64,000 nt of DNA. It comes from Lingula anatina. Lineage: Eukaryota; Animalia; Brachiopoda. The stretch is from NCBI GenBank assembly GCA_051362555.1, contig CM120648.1, positions 14,132,587 to 14,196,586 on the forward strand, in the 5' to 3' direction. The stretch's first letter is position 1. Every line of letters starts with the position of its first letter. A model generated the notes under the pieces. The model made no database searches and was not told where the DNA came from. It saw nothing but the letters and a program-made list of their open reading frames with translations. Positions 1 to 12,759 of the stretch are shown piece by piece. The translations under genes were made by a program, and so were the position numbers.

Positions 1-830
1 AAAGTGTGACTGTAAAATTTCATGGGTCTGAAAACCATTGCCAATCAAATTTTCATAAATTAATATCTATGTTTACTGCAGTGCATAATTCAAATTGTGA
101 TTATGCTGTTAAGCATTATATAATATTGCAGCAAAATTGAAGAAAAGCATTTTTGGACACTGCTGCCATAATGATCATTAAAAGAGAAACTACAATTAAG
201 AAACAGTTTGAATTTAGTGGTGGTAATAACTTTGTTAACAATATGTCTACGTTTTGTTTATAGGAATTAGTCTTAGTTTGGGTCTTGTGCCTGCACATTT
301 TGACGTTATTTAGTTGACCAAGGCAAGGTGATAATAGATGTTCAGGGTTATGAAATGCATTTAACTGATTACATAACAGCCAAAGATAAAGTGGTGTTGG
401 CGCCCGCTATGGCTTCAACGGCTTATTTTGACAAAGCACGTGCTACGCGCTGGCTTGAAAAAAAAAACATTATTGTTTCAGCTCGACGCCGCCGGGTGCA
501 TTGTATCATTCCAACTGCTACCATTCATAAAAAGGGGGCGTCGTTAGGTGTTAGACGATTAGTCAATGTTTCTAATCTTCTAACGCATTAGCAATGGGAC
601 TGAAATACAGCTTGAGTAGGAAAACCAGTATGTTTGCTTTCTTTTTTTTTTCTTTGTGAATTTTTTTATTTGTTAAATATTGGCACTTTCATTATGAGAC
701 TTAGAACTCTCAAGCTGAATGGTAGTTACATTTTCTGAATGTCCATGTTACGATAGTAGATATTTAAGAATTGGTGGTGATTATGCTGTTAATCGTTATG
801 TAATATTGCATCGAAATTGACAAAAAATGA
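1..830 (-). repeat. Dispersed repeat family 'X', blocks at 1-190 and 596-830
   Basis: The reverse complement of 1-190 aligns by eye with 42575-42760 (aattttgatgcaatattacataatgcttaacag...ttcaaagtcacac). 596-830 matches 48060-48350 in reverse. Another copy lies at 39825-40010. Confidence 0.7.
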
Positions 831-990
831 AAGGAATGAAAGGAAAACTGTTATTTACAAGAACGATTCTTATAGGAAACCCATCTTGCTTGAATAATTA
901 TTTCTTGAAATTATGCAAATTTTATGACAGCTTTGCTGCCTTAATTGTCTTTGTTTCTTCAGTGCAAGGGTGCAATGTGTCAGTGCTTTG

Positions 991-1064
991 AAATTACAAA
1001 TGGCAATTAACTACGTGCACACGCTTTTAAGCGTGTGCACGTAGTTAATTGCCATTTGTAATTT
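991..1064. repeat. Perfect inverted repeat, 36-bp arms with a 2-nt spacer
   Basis: aaattacaaatggcaattaactacgtgcacacgctt-tt-aagcgtgtgcacgtagttaattgccatttgtaattt. Confidence 0.95.
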
Positions 1065-2299
1065 AAAAGTCTAAAGATGCACTGTCAGTATGCGCTATTT
1101 ACTGTATTAATCTAATAGCAAGTAAAATTAACGATACGCACCTGTCTCATATGTGTCACGGTAATCATGTCAGCAAATTGTGTAAAGTAAGTGTCTTTGG
1201 GATCTTTACAATTGTAAGCTGAGTTAGCGATACGATACGATACGTAGAAGTTCCCCAGAAAACAATTGAAGACAACAATAATAAAACACGCCTCTCTATA
1301 TTTGCAATGCAGAACTCTGCGTTGACAGCGGGGAATAATCTTAATTGTCAAAAAACAGAAGTGTCCCCGTTGTTGCAAATCAAAACTTTGCTTAAATTCT
1401 AGAACCCAAAACCCAGAAACCCAGAAAATAACAATACACTTTAGAAGGAAATAAGGATAATTCACATTGACCATCATGTCAAGTCAACAATTAACGTTTT
1501 TCAATTCGTTTTTCATAAACTCCTAATGCTAATATTGAGCACCAAAGTGTATTAAAGATGATAAAAATGAATGAATGGAAAATGAAGGTAAATTAATGGA
1601 TATATAAATTAATGAATAATAAATTAATTAATAAGAATGAATAAATCATTAAGTAAATAAAAAAATGATAAAATGAATATGTTAAGTAAGATGTTACCCC
1701 TACTTGGTCGGATATGAGCTTTTGTTTTCTACTTTGACAATAATTCTGTATACCTTTGTAATTTTTGTACACAAAATTGAGGGCTCGATGGTTTCTTTTA
1801 TGTGTCTATATAAGTAATATGTTTCTTTAATTTAGTGAGTAGCTAACATCATTGTTTTCATGGTACAGTGGTTTTGATTTCACGCTTCGTACTCAAGAGT
1901 TTATTGCATCTCTTAGCATATTTGCTTAACATACATTGCTCAAAAATGTTGTCCCACCCCCAATTCCATGTGCTTTTATTCACAAATGATCGCCTAACAG
2001 GTGCAATTTTTTTATAAACAGTGCTTTTTATTCTAGATACCATACTTAACATGATAAATAGTTCAGAAAATACACAATAGTGTAAAAAATATTCATATTT
2101 TATACCATCTATTCACATTTATAACATGTACCCCCTCAAATCCAATGTTTCACTGTGATTTCTCCAGAAGTAAAGAAATACCCATGTAATTGAAAAGACA
2201 CCACCAAATATCACCAAATTTACACAAAAATAGCATAAGGATGTGCCCGTTAAAGATCACATATCAAATAGTGCGTGTGTGTACCGCATACTGCAAAAA

Positions 2300-3075
2300 T
2301 CCCCTCTAGGCGCGACAAGCCTTCAACAAGGGCAACAATTCTGTTTTGAGAGATATTGACCACTCTTTTTAAAGAGCTTGGCGGAGTTGGTCCAGATTAT
2401 TAGGGAATTGGTTCTCCTCTGCATTGCACATTCCAATTCATGCAACAGGTGCTCAGCACGGTTAATATCAGCGCTTAAATATGGTTGCCCCATCCTCAGA
2501 ACATTGAGATTCTGCAACAAAGAACTCCCCAGACGAGAGACGCGAGCAAGTGCGTTGTAACGATGAAGCCAGTAGCATACCTGAAGTCAGCTCTTGCAAA
2601 TGGAGTGAGATACAGTGTATCTGTTGAGACAGTTGCAGTAAAATGCCCAAGAAAGGATGGTACTAATACCATGGGCTGGGAAGGGTCTACAAACGCGGAC
2701 TCCCCAGGCGGTATTATCCTGCACACACACTTCTAAGAGGCATTCTGCAACATGTCTACTGACAATCATTTGACCATAAATGAAATACAAGAAAAATATT
2801 GATTCTTGAGCAAATCCAACTTGATTCCAGTGATGAGTGACCAGGTGCCGGTGCCCCTGGGTAACTAAACGTAATATTCTCAACTGATATCTCACCCCAT
2901 CTGCAAGAGAGGACTTCGGGGTCTATTCCAGGATTCATCATGATAACACACTTGCTCAAAGCTTCCGTCTGGCAGAGGAAAACCAAGCCTCTAACAATCT
3001 GGCCCAACTTCTCCAAGCTCTTTAGGTTTGGTTTGTGGACATTGGGTAAACAGCCAATTTTGCTTACTGGCAGTG
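2300..3075 (-). pseudogene. Degenerate Tc1-like transposase fragment
   Basis: Minus-strand pieces in shifted frames. HRHLVTHHWNQVGFAQESIF resembles the Tc1 W..V.F.DES.F motif. NVLRMGQPYLSADINRAEHLLHELE resembles WPA.SPDLNPIEHLW.ELE. Frameshifted, with no paired TIRs found. Confidence 0.75.
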
Positions 3076-3088
3076 TATTATTATCGAC

Positions 3089-3090
<2 letters not shown>

Positions 3091-3140
<50 letters not shown>
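3091..3140. repeat. (TA)n microsatellite
   Basis: Direct reading. Confidence 0.97.
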
Positions 3141-3141
<1 letters not shown>

Positions 3142-3142
<1 letters not shown>

Positions 3143-3266
3143 TGTCCCCAATCTGTATATTTCATACTCGATTATTCAATGCTTGAAAAACGACATTTAT
3201 AAGCCACGTTAAATTCAAAAAATGAAAATCGCCAGCGACTTTAGTATTGGGGACTATTGGGGACAG
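3142..3266. mobile_element. Small MITE-like element with 11-bp TIR CTGTCCCCAAT
   Basis: ctgtccccaat at 3142 and attggggacag ending at 3266, with a subterminal duplicate tattggggac. No clear TSD. Confidence 0.45.
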
Positions 3267-4576
3267 TTCTATTTGTGCCAGCATTCCTGAATGAGGCTGA
3301 GAGATATACAAAGGGACAACAAAAAGCCACGACTGCAACCGAAACCTCACAACAATTTCAAAGCAATTCAGCGTCGAGAAGCTGCACAAATGACACGCGA
3401 CGTACCGGCATCAAATTGCACACCGAGGCAGCCATGTTACATGTAGTGTTGTGCGGAGGCCCCCAAGGGAGACAAGAAAAAAGAAGCCTAAGACGTAACC
3501 GTCCTGGGTCAAATGCGTAAAAAGTGAAAAACAAGATATTGATTTACTTGTCATTTAATGTCGTTTGATTACAGACACCACCAATCCTTCACGAAACATA
3601 CATGTGTACGTCCACGGAACTTGATAATAATAAACGACACGATTGCAAACGGATCCATTTTGTACTCATTTGGCTTCTTAAGTTTTTGTGACTTTACCAA
3701 ATGCTTTTCCCCGGGGAACACATAATAGGCAGCATTATCTAGACAGGCAATGTTGTTCCCATCTGTGCATTTTAGTTCAATTACAACCTCCAGCGTTAGG
3801 CACAGGTCAAAGAACACTGGCTCTTCCCCAATCTTTCACATGCATTATGTCCTCAGCGGATTGTATCCTAGCCACATGAAATGTCATAGTCTGCATCTAC
3901 ATGAATATAAAGTAGTTGTAGTATATCCATACTAGTACTTTCACATGATACAGGCATACGATGGAATAACTGATCTTGAGACTGGGGAACGTGAGGAGGG
4001 ACATTGTCAAATGAGCTGTGCAATTATGCCTGACATGTTGATCAAAGGGGCGACTTGGTATTAACCTCGTGCCAAGTAACCTCGGTGTAATTGTAAGATG
4101 TTAAATGGACAATACAAACCAGTACTAGTATATCCACTGCTAGGTTTTTTTCTCGATGTTATAAGCACTCAAAATCCATTATTGTTGAAATAAGATGAAA
4201 GTTTACTGGAAATTAACCGACAAAGGCCATTTTGATGAATGTGCTTAGGCTGTTGGGTCAACATAAAAGACAAACACGCTCAGCATGCTATGATCTAGCT
4301 GAGCATGTACAATTCAATGTACAGCACAATGTATAGATGCGTCTTTGATTTTTCATATTATGTCAAAATATGTCAGAAAGCCTCGTCTTAATGTGCCTCC
4401 ATTAAATCAGTTAAGAACTGGAACAAGATCGAGCAACAGGAAGAACTCATAATGCTTTGTTTCAAATCAAAATTTTAAAGAAGTCTAATCATGTATGTGT
4501 CTTATGCAAATATCTGACTCGACAAAAATCTCTCTCTTCATACATCCTCCCTCCCTCCATTTCTCTCTCTCCTTCA

Positions 4577-4810
4577 AACTCATGCCCAATGAAACTGTCG
4601 GTCTACGTAGATCGATCCAGCTCCGCGGGGACTCTCGGTGAATGCAAGCAGAGTAACCGATCAGCACACGTCCTCTTGTCTCCAACGTACTCCTATAAGC
4701 TTGTCTACATTATACTCGTCGCCATCTGTTAATCTATTTGCATTCAGCGAGATCTCCCGCGGAGTTGAATCGATATTCGTATAACGATAGTTAAATTTAG
4801 GAATGAGCCT
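4577..4810. mobile_element. MITE of the 'GATCGATC' family (Harbinger-like), diverged copy
   Basis: Long imperfect inverted arms gatcgatccagctccgcggggactctcggtgaatgcaa and ttgcattcagcgagatctcccgcggagttgaatcgat. The motif is shared with the copies at 7016, 38707 and 47532. Confidence 0.6.
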
Positions 4811-4906
4811 TTTCTCTGTACTTTCTTCTCTACCCCCCAACCCCCTCTCTCGTTAAAAAAACTTACAGGTCCCTTTAAGATCCTATAGGATCCTATAGGC
4901 CTATAT

Positions 4907-4952
<46 letters not shown>

Positions 4953-5923
4953 CGCATTTAGATAGACTTCAATAACGAACACCATAAGGCTCGTGTGAAA
5001 GCTACTAAAGAACTATCGACTAGGAGAACAGAGTTATTTCTTCGGTCTTTCTCAGCAGTAATTCACCTTTCGACATTTTGATTAGTGACACATTGTGCGC
5101 GCCCTGAGTGCAAATTAGTCTTGGCACGAAAAAGCAATCATACTGAAACAAACATGTCCTATCTACTTGCATTATCGACGTGGGCTGCTATCTCTTAGTT
5201 GGATGCCCTACTTGAAATATCCCGATGCTACCGGGATGTGAACTGATGTTAGCTGCCGTGGAGAGGGAGAATACTCGTTGGTCATTGATTGTTGTTGAAA
5301 CCGTTGATATTGTAAATGTATCACGCTCATATGCAGATATATGATATAAATAACATATATTGTAACTGGTATTCAATAAACCACGTGAATAGGTGGTTTA
5401 GATCAGAGATGTTTATTATGAGTGAAATGGGCATACCTATACATATTGTTGACTTGATATACATGTATATCTTTTCTTGGGTATGTGAAGCACACAGTTT
5501 GTATTGCAGGGGGATTATTACTAATAAAAGTTTGTCTAGAATTGGAAAATAATGGTGCACAAACCCGCATACCAGTGCATGTATACTGAAGCTATTAGTT
5601 TGAGCTAAGGTGTAACATACCAAAAGAAAAAATCAAGACATCTTTAATTGGCAAGTGATATGATTTCTTTAATGCAGTTTGGCGAGGCATATGGGTATAT
5701 TAACAAGTGTGAATAATTATATCTTAAATAGGTAATTTATTGTAGAAACAAAGGGATGACTGTCAGTCAGTAATTTCTTCTGTAGCAAGAAATCAATGTG
5801 CGTGCATCACGTCCTTTCTAGTTATTATTTGTATGTAATTGTCTGAAATAGACGTCGTACGTGATATCTGAATAAACAAACATTGCGTCTACTATGAAAT
5901 GAACAATGAAAATGTTCGTCTTG

Positions 5924-5927
<4 letters not shown>

Positions 5928-5996
<69 letters not shown>
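5928..5996. repeat. (TA)n microsatellite
   Basis: Direct reading. Confidence 0.97.
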
Positions 5997-5999
<3 letters not shown>

Positions 6000-7015
6000 A
6001 ACGGCTATTATATGACCACACTATATATAGGCAAGTAGAGATCTTGAGTTCAGTATGCACAGCTTTTTCCCAAAAAATGTTAAATAATGAAAAACTTGTA
6101 ATTGCTAGTATGCCAGCATGTTTTATCAAGTGAACGTCTATAGAGGCCATACTTTGGTCTGCATCATAGAATTTAAAATAGAAAACACTAATTCATCGCA
6201 GATGAGATTCTTCAAAAACTGACATTCATTTAACTCGATCTCAACTAAAATACGTACTAAAATAGCGCCCTTCACTCTTTCAAAGGCCTTAAGTAAGTAT
6301 TCTGCTGTCGGACTATAATACATTTCGAGTATCTGTTCCAGGAGCAGCATCTTGGGATCTTGGGAATAACGACGGACTAACTTGATGGATTTGTGAAATG
6401 CGCGGAGTTGGCAGCTATTCTCTTGGGGACCCGTGCAAAGTCCAGATTTCCCAGATAGTAAAATCATTGCTGTTTAGATGTGCACTATTCAAGATCGTAG
6501 CCACCACCTAATAACAGAAATACTGCAATCCGCCGGTCAAAGTTAGTCTTCGTCTCGGACCTTCTGCCTTGATTTGGAACCAAAATGGGCATAAATATTG
6601 CCATGGAATCCATGTCTAGAACGGAAGGCCTCTTGATACCCATCAGAACCCGACTTCACGCGCAGCACTGAGTCTTCTTAACTGCCCTACTAAACAGATC
6701 GCTGATTATATTTAATAAGTCTGGATTTAGAGTGTTTTTCGATTATATGTGCTTCAGTACTAACGAATATGTCACATATCCAACAGCAATTTAATGTCCA
6801 CATTCCAGTATCACCGCAACGAGACTCAACTCAAAACTTTGGGATTTGAAATAGTACAATTGCAATTAACTATAATGTATGTGAACATGCACCAATGTTT
6901 GCCTGCGTAGTAGAGACGTACCTACGACTTGTACTTAGACTTCTAACGAACCCCTACTTTTGTCTGCGTATGGGCAATTTTTTCGCATATATTGTACATT
7001 ACTACTATAATTTAA

Positions 7016-7312
7016 GGGACCGTTCCCATAACCCTATGGTACTGGCTGGATCGATCTAACTCCTCGGGAATTCACGCTAAATCGCATTCATCTTAAGAGG
7101 CTTAAATGCCTGGCACGCCCCCCCCCCCCCCTCGTAACTTAAAGTACTTAGGTATAAAGTCGGGAAAACTTTCTGGTCCCTGATGCTGTTCAAGTTGCTT
7201 TCCAAGGGGGCTTGCCAAATAATTAAGGTGATTACACTGACTGCGCCTTAGCGAGAATCCGTGCTGATGTAGATCGATCCTGCTAGTAAGATAAGGCTAT
7301 GGGGATGCAGTC
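7016..7312. mobile_element. PIF/Harbinger-type MITE ('GATCGATC' family)
   Basis: TAA|gggaccgttcccata...ggatcgatctaactcc...tagatcgatcc...tatggggatgcagtc|TAA, giving a 3-bp TAA TSD. Confidence 0.7.
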
Positions 7313-8257
7313 TAAGTGTGACAGTACTTTTAGGAACAGCGTTGAATCTCCATCCTATAATGAAATGATCAACCCCACGTCTGATCTTACAGTCTTGTTC
7401 CATAAGTGATTTGAGTTCTCCTTTACAAATGTCCCCTTCTCCTTTTGTTGAATATATGGGTCTTTTATCAACCATCGTCATCAACTCCAGAAAGTCCTGT
7501 ATACATTAAACACGGCTTGTTCTAGTACTGCTGGCATTGACAACGCTGAATGTTGGTGTATTGGGATGATAGGAGGATGCAGGGAGGACGCAATAGCCTA
7601 CCTCTAATTTCCAGATAAACAAGTCTCCGTCCTTTTAGAAAATTAGGGAGAGGACAAAGTGAGACTAATGGCAGAGCCTTGGGTGGAGATATATTCTGGG
7701 GTACCGTTCTCCAGATAAAATAAACAGCAGTGAAACAAGATAATGTCAATTGATAACCACCGTATAGGCCCCTACCTCCCGTACAATGTCAAGAGCAGCT
7801 CACTCATTGGGAAACCAACAAACATGTAACGTAAGAACAACAAGAAATATCCAGGCAAGGACTAGTAGGTTTATTGGATCTTAATCGTTCATCGTGTGCT
7901 GGCGAAAATGCACATATAAAAACATATGACAGTAGACTACAATATACTAAACACTAAAGTACAATATAATCATTACATAATAAAGGATCTCCTAATCTAT
8001 GTATGACTCTTTAAAAAATTGACAAAAAGTTTTTACATCACAAATAAAGTCATCCAGCAAAGCGCACAGCCTTCCCCGCTAAACCCCCAAAGTGCCCATG
8101 CACATCACTTCTAATAGGTTTGCCAGTCCCAAGTTTCTCACGCTAATGACCTAATAAGAGATACACTGTTGCAGAAATTAAAAACATATTTAAGTACCAC
8201 GGCAGGGGAGCATCAATCCCAACTTCCGCTTGTCAGAAAATTGAGGGGGTAATGAGC

Positions 8258-8752
8258 GAAAACTTTCGAAGTACATTCCAAGTGGAAAATTATCGAATGG
8301 CACTATGACTGCATTCTAAGTATTCTCACGGCATTTCGACAGCATTCGAAACATTCTGATCACATTCGAGGGAGAACCGAAATGGCAAGACACTTCAAAT
8401 CCTGCTAGAATGAGCCAGAATGGCACTCGAATGCATCTCGATCCTATTTCAACCAACAATCGAACTACACTCGTACCGCATTCGAAGTGTATTCTAAATA
8501 TTCTGATTGCATTCTGACAGCATTATTGATATTCCTAGTTTTCCAACTACATTCGAGCTGCATTTGAGAGCTAATATGTGCACGAATCATTCCAGGAGGA
8601 TTCAAGCGCATTCTGAGTATTCCAACGGCATTCTTACAAGAATTTAGGTCAATTTGAAATTTCTTCCCGAATGTAGTACGAATTTTCAAATTTAGTCATT
8701 CAGGCTGGTTCTGCTTGATTCCTGTTGATTCCGAATAAGTGTGACGGGAGCT
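8258..8752. mobile_element. Truncated GAATG/CATTC-rich non-autonomous DNA transposon (Harbinger-like end)
   Basis: Ends ...ccgaataagtgtgacgggagct|TAA. Its reverse complement matches the element starting TTA|agccccgtcacacttattcggaatc at 31295. Confidence 0.7.
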
Positions 8753-8755
8753 TAA

Positions 8756-8949
8756 GGCTGCATTCACATGAAAAATCTATTTTCTAAAAATCTAAAAATC
8801 TATTTGCGGTATCTTGTGATCACGGTCTGTGCCCTGAATACTCCGCGGCGTAAATACTGGCAGCGCCGAGAATTAATTTCAGCTTTGGAAGTAACTGGCT
8901 TCCAATTTTTTAGATTTTTAGAAAATAGAATTTTCATGTGAACGCAGCC
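8756..8949. mobile_element. PIF/Harbinger (Tourist-like) MITE, 194 bp
   Basis: TIRs ggctgcattcacatgaaaa and ttttcatgtgaacgcagcc, flanked by TAA and TTA. The core gatcacggtctgtgccctgaata...cgcggcgtaa is shared with 58776-58969. Confidence 0.85.
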
Positions 8950-9790
8950 TTAGTGCCATCATTGTGATTCTCATTTATATTAAGGGTATTAGCAATGTGT
9001 GAACACGCGAGTATGCATGCAGGAAGGGGTCCATTGTCCATAAACTACAAGTTACATAATTTAAATCAAGTTAAATGCTGTTGCTGCACCATCGCTAAAC
9101 TGACGGTTGTGATGTGACGCTGTGTAAAAATCATATTTTGCCATTCAGTGCTTCGGGGCGTATGGTGCCATGCTGGCGAATATAGTTTTTACTATTCACA
9201 AGGACATACTAGAAAGCACCTTTATTGTGTCGGAGATCGAGAACATGAAAGAGGCTCGTGTTCCTGAACCCCTATCGGAATATCATGTCTTATCGCATAT
9301 TTATTTTTACTTTCTCCATGACAAATATCCCGGTGACTCCCTTCGCCACAAACAGTTTTCATTTAATTATTAAACAGAGCAAAAAAATGTATCTATTTCT
9401 GTAGAATTATAAAAACCCTATTGCTCGTTCATAGTTGCATAATTTGGGCCTACAGAGTCTTAAATGGTAATCTACGCCCTATAGCAACCAACAAAACGCC
9501 TTTCGTACTATAGTGATAAAAAAAACAAGTATTAAACGAATAAGTCATACAAATTTAGCATTTATTGAACAAAAACGTGTTTAGGCCTATTCTCAAACTT
9601 GTGCAAGTGTCTTAAATTTCCTATCTCTATGATATAGGGCATATTTCACTCTTTCATAGCCTATATTAAAGAACATGCTTTCCAGAAATAGACGAATTTT
9701 ATATAAAACCGAAAATTAAATGAAAACAGGTAAAACCGGTATATGGATATAAATATTTTCGCCTAACTAGTGGGTATAATTAAGTAAGTG

Positions 9791-9959
9791 CCGGTGTAAC
9801 GAAACTGAAGGTCCGTGTAACAAGTCCGCCCTCCATATAGTTATAATAGTTAGGTTTAGTTTGACCTAAGTGGGTCAAAATGTAGGGCGAGGCTCACCTG
9901 TACAAAAGAATGGGAAGCGGACTATCTGTTATGGGGCACTTTCTGTCACGTTACACCGG
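9791..9959. mobile_element. MITE-like element with TIR CCGGTGTAACG
   Basis: ccggtgtaacg at 9791 and cgttacaccgg ending at 9959. No TSD recognised. Confidence 0.5.
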
Positions 9960-11217
9960 GATTTTCTCCTCTTTCCAATGCTAAAAAACGACAAATTTGG
10001 AAAAGTCAGTCCTGAGTGCAAGTAAACCTGCGCCTGTGGTTTGCGGAGTATGTCTGTGATTCCCTTAGGAAAGGAACGGGGCAGGGGGTATAAATCCCCC
10101 ATTTTGTTTTAAAGAAAAAAAAAAGGGTTGGTGCACCCCACCCGATTGGATCAACGTGCAGTATGACACATTGTCTAACTACATGTACGCCAGTGATTAA
10201 AACACTCAGGTAGAGTCCTCAGGGAAATAATTGTAAGTTTTACTTTTACTTTTTTATTTTTATTTGAAATATAAACTTTTCCAACGATTTATCGTCATTG
10301 GGACACCAACTTATCTGCGCTACCAGGTGGTGCCATTATCCAAATGTCCCCTTTACATTAATACCCGTGATCACTTATTTAATCGATAAAGAGCATATTC
10401 ATTACGAATACTAGATTGAAAAGCAACGATAAAGCATGTCAGATGACAAATGCGACAGACAAAGACAGATTGATAGTAAAAGGTAGGAGGCGGGAGAGAT
10501 GATCCAGACTTTTAACATTGATTTTTGTGGGCGTTCTGGCCACGTTTTCGAAAAATGAATGTGTGTTGTACAGCAACAGCAAGTTATGTGAAGTGGCAAT
10601 TAATATTGATAGAAAACTACTGAAAATAACTGTGCGGTCACATTATAAATAACGACCTAAACTTTTCAGTAGATGAAGAAATATAATACAGTGATGAAGA
10701 TGGGCAGTGATCTGTCTCATGTTAATATACGATTGATGTTAACCCAGACCAGCAGGATATTATAGTTATGGTATAGACATGCCTGACACATACACGATCA
10801 TCATGTCCAACTGTAGGAGTGAGCCATCCAGCCAGTGTGTGCGCTGACTCTATATATGCTGTACATAGTGCACGTCTGCTGCCTTCTCAAGCTCTCCGGT
10901 CTTATCTAAATAGTCAATTAATGGAACAGTTCCTGGCACAAAGATCAGATTATTATAGTCACTCAGTTGCTAAACGATATTTTATATTTGATTGGCAACT
11001 AATGAATTAGTTATTGAGAGACGACTTCCCTTCCTCTTTGTTCATCATTGCCCTGCATGAACCAAGGGGCACTGACTAAGTGTTAGCAATATCCGGGGGA
11101 AAATGTTGCGTCTGGTCACACCCTACGATTTCATGGCGGCTCTCGACCGGTGCAATTTGATAACATTAGCTAAGCGCCTGCAAGACGTCTGCATTGACGA
11201 CAGGCAGTTTGCTGGTG

Positions 11218-11220
<3 letters not shown>

Positions 11221-11255
<35 letters not shown>
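11221..11255. repeat. Poly-G tract (35 nt)
   Basis: Direct reading. Confidence 0.9.
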
Positions 11256-12759
11256 CTTGCGGTGAACAAAACGGACACTACTATAGTCAGAGCTGAATGG
11301 TTAATTGCGCTAGAATGAATTCAAAAATATATAAATACAAACGTTCTCCGAGGAAACCAGATTAGAAATACGTATTATATTTGTTTCGTGGCAGAAACGT
11401 TCCTACGATGTGTGACTTGGCTTGAAACACGCGTCTTTGGCGTAACTCAGAGCCAGGAGGCAATGCATTTTCTATAGAGTTTCTCCTTCCCACGAATCAT
11501 TGTTGGACCCGTTGTTTCACTTCAATTCGATTTGTTGTACCATTTCCTTTTCATAACTTGGTTCTGAATAAATACTGATTCGTTTATAATACTGATTCGT
11601 TTATATCGCCAAGTGTTTTGAAGATTTCAGGAGGAATTATCGGGACCAGGTACCTTTATTTGAGTTATCTTAGTGTTTTTAAGTTTAAATCGGTAATGAT
11701 AATTAGCTTTGCAGGATATTTAGACATAGAAATATATGTATACAAACTGTACAAGAAAGCTCTATTTTTCCACAACTGAAGTGAGCCAGACTCAGCCCTG
11801 CTAATTTTATCCAAGCTTACCAAATTATTGCGCGCTCGATTCTAGAATATGCATGCCCAGTGCGGTCCCGCTGACTTGACTGGAGAACAACGCAAACTCT
11901 GAGAGCCTTTCCAAAGTCAAGTATTGAGCATAATTCTACCTGATTTACCTTTTGATGCAGCTTTGAACATAATATATCGAATATCCTTACTTAAGATAAA
12001 AGAAGAAAAGATCTGAGCAAAAATTTCTTTCACGGAATTACTGACCCCTCTGAAAAACCCATTCGTCTTTTAGTAGTACAATCCAAGCGTGTTTTAATAT
12101 CAAATATGATGTGACAAAATTTAAAACGATTAACAGACATGTTCATTCCATATTACTTTTTCATTAGTAAAATGTATAGGCCAGATTTATTCGTTGTGCA
12201 GTAATGTTAACGTTTTAGTAGCAGTCTTTAAGCGTCTTCTCTTAAACAAAAAACATTTTATTGATATTGTAACACTCTTAATGACTTCAAACTATTGAGT
12301 TGCAATCGTATTAATGAATCTGATTATAAATTATAAACTAAGCTCTATTAATACGCATTTTACAGGAGGTGACTCCTCAGCATGAAATGTTTTTTGTTGT
12401 AAGTGGAAAGCAGACGCCAATATAAATTTCATAACGAGACTATAGGCACACTATACATGTAATCTGTGTACAATGTAGGCTCGTGTTGTATACCATCCTT
12501 TTACCAAAGGTTTCGTCGTATTCAGCGAACACTACATGTAATTTGTGTACAATGTAGTTTCATAAGTTGTATACCATCGTACTCAGGGAACATCGTTGTT
12601 CCAAAGATTAGTTTATAACCATCACATTATAATAGTTTTAGTTGAAGCTTAATCACCAATGTTATATCACGTTCTGTGGTTATAGTGGGAATTACGGATG
12701 TCTTTGTGGTGATTTTTTACTCAGTCAATTACTTGCTCTTCACCAAGAAACAGAGTGGC

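Noticed and set aside
12448-12580. Two-copy ~80-bp direct repeat
   Set aside because: An ordinary local duplication with no further structure
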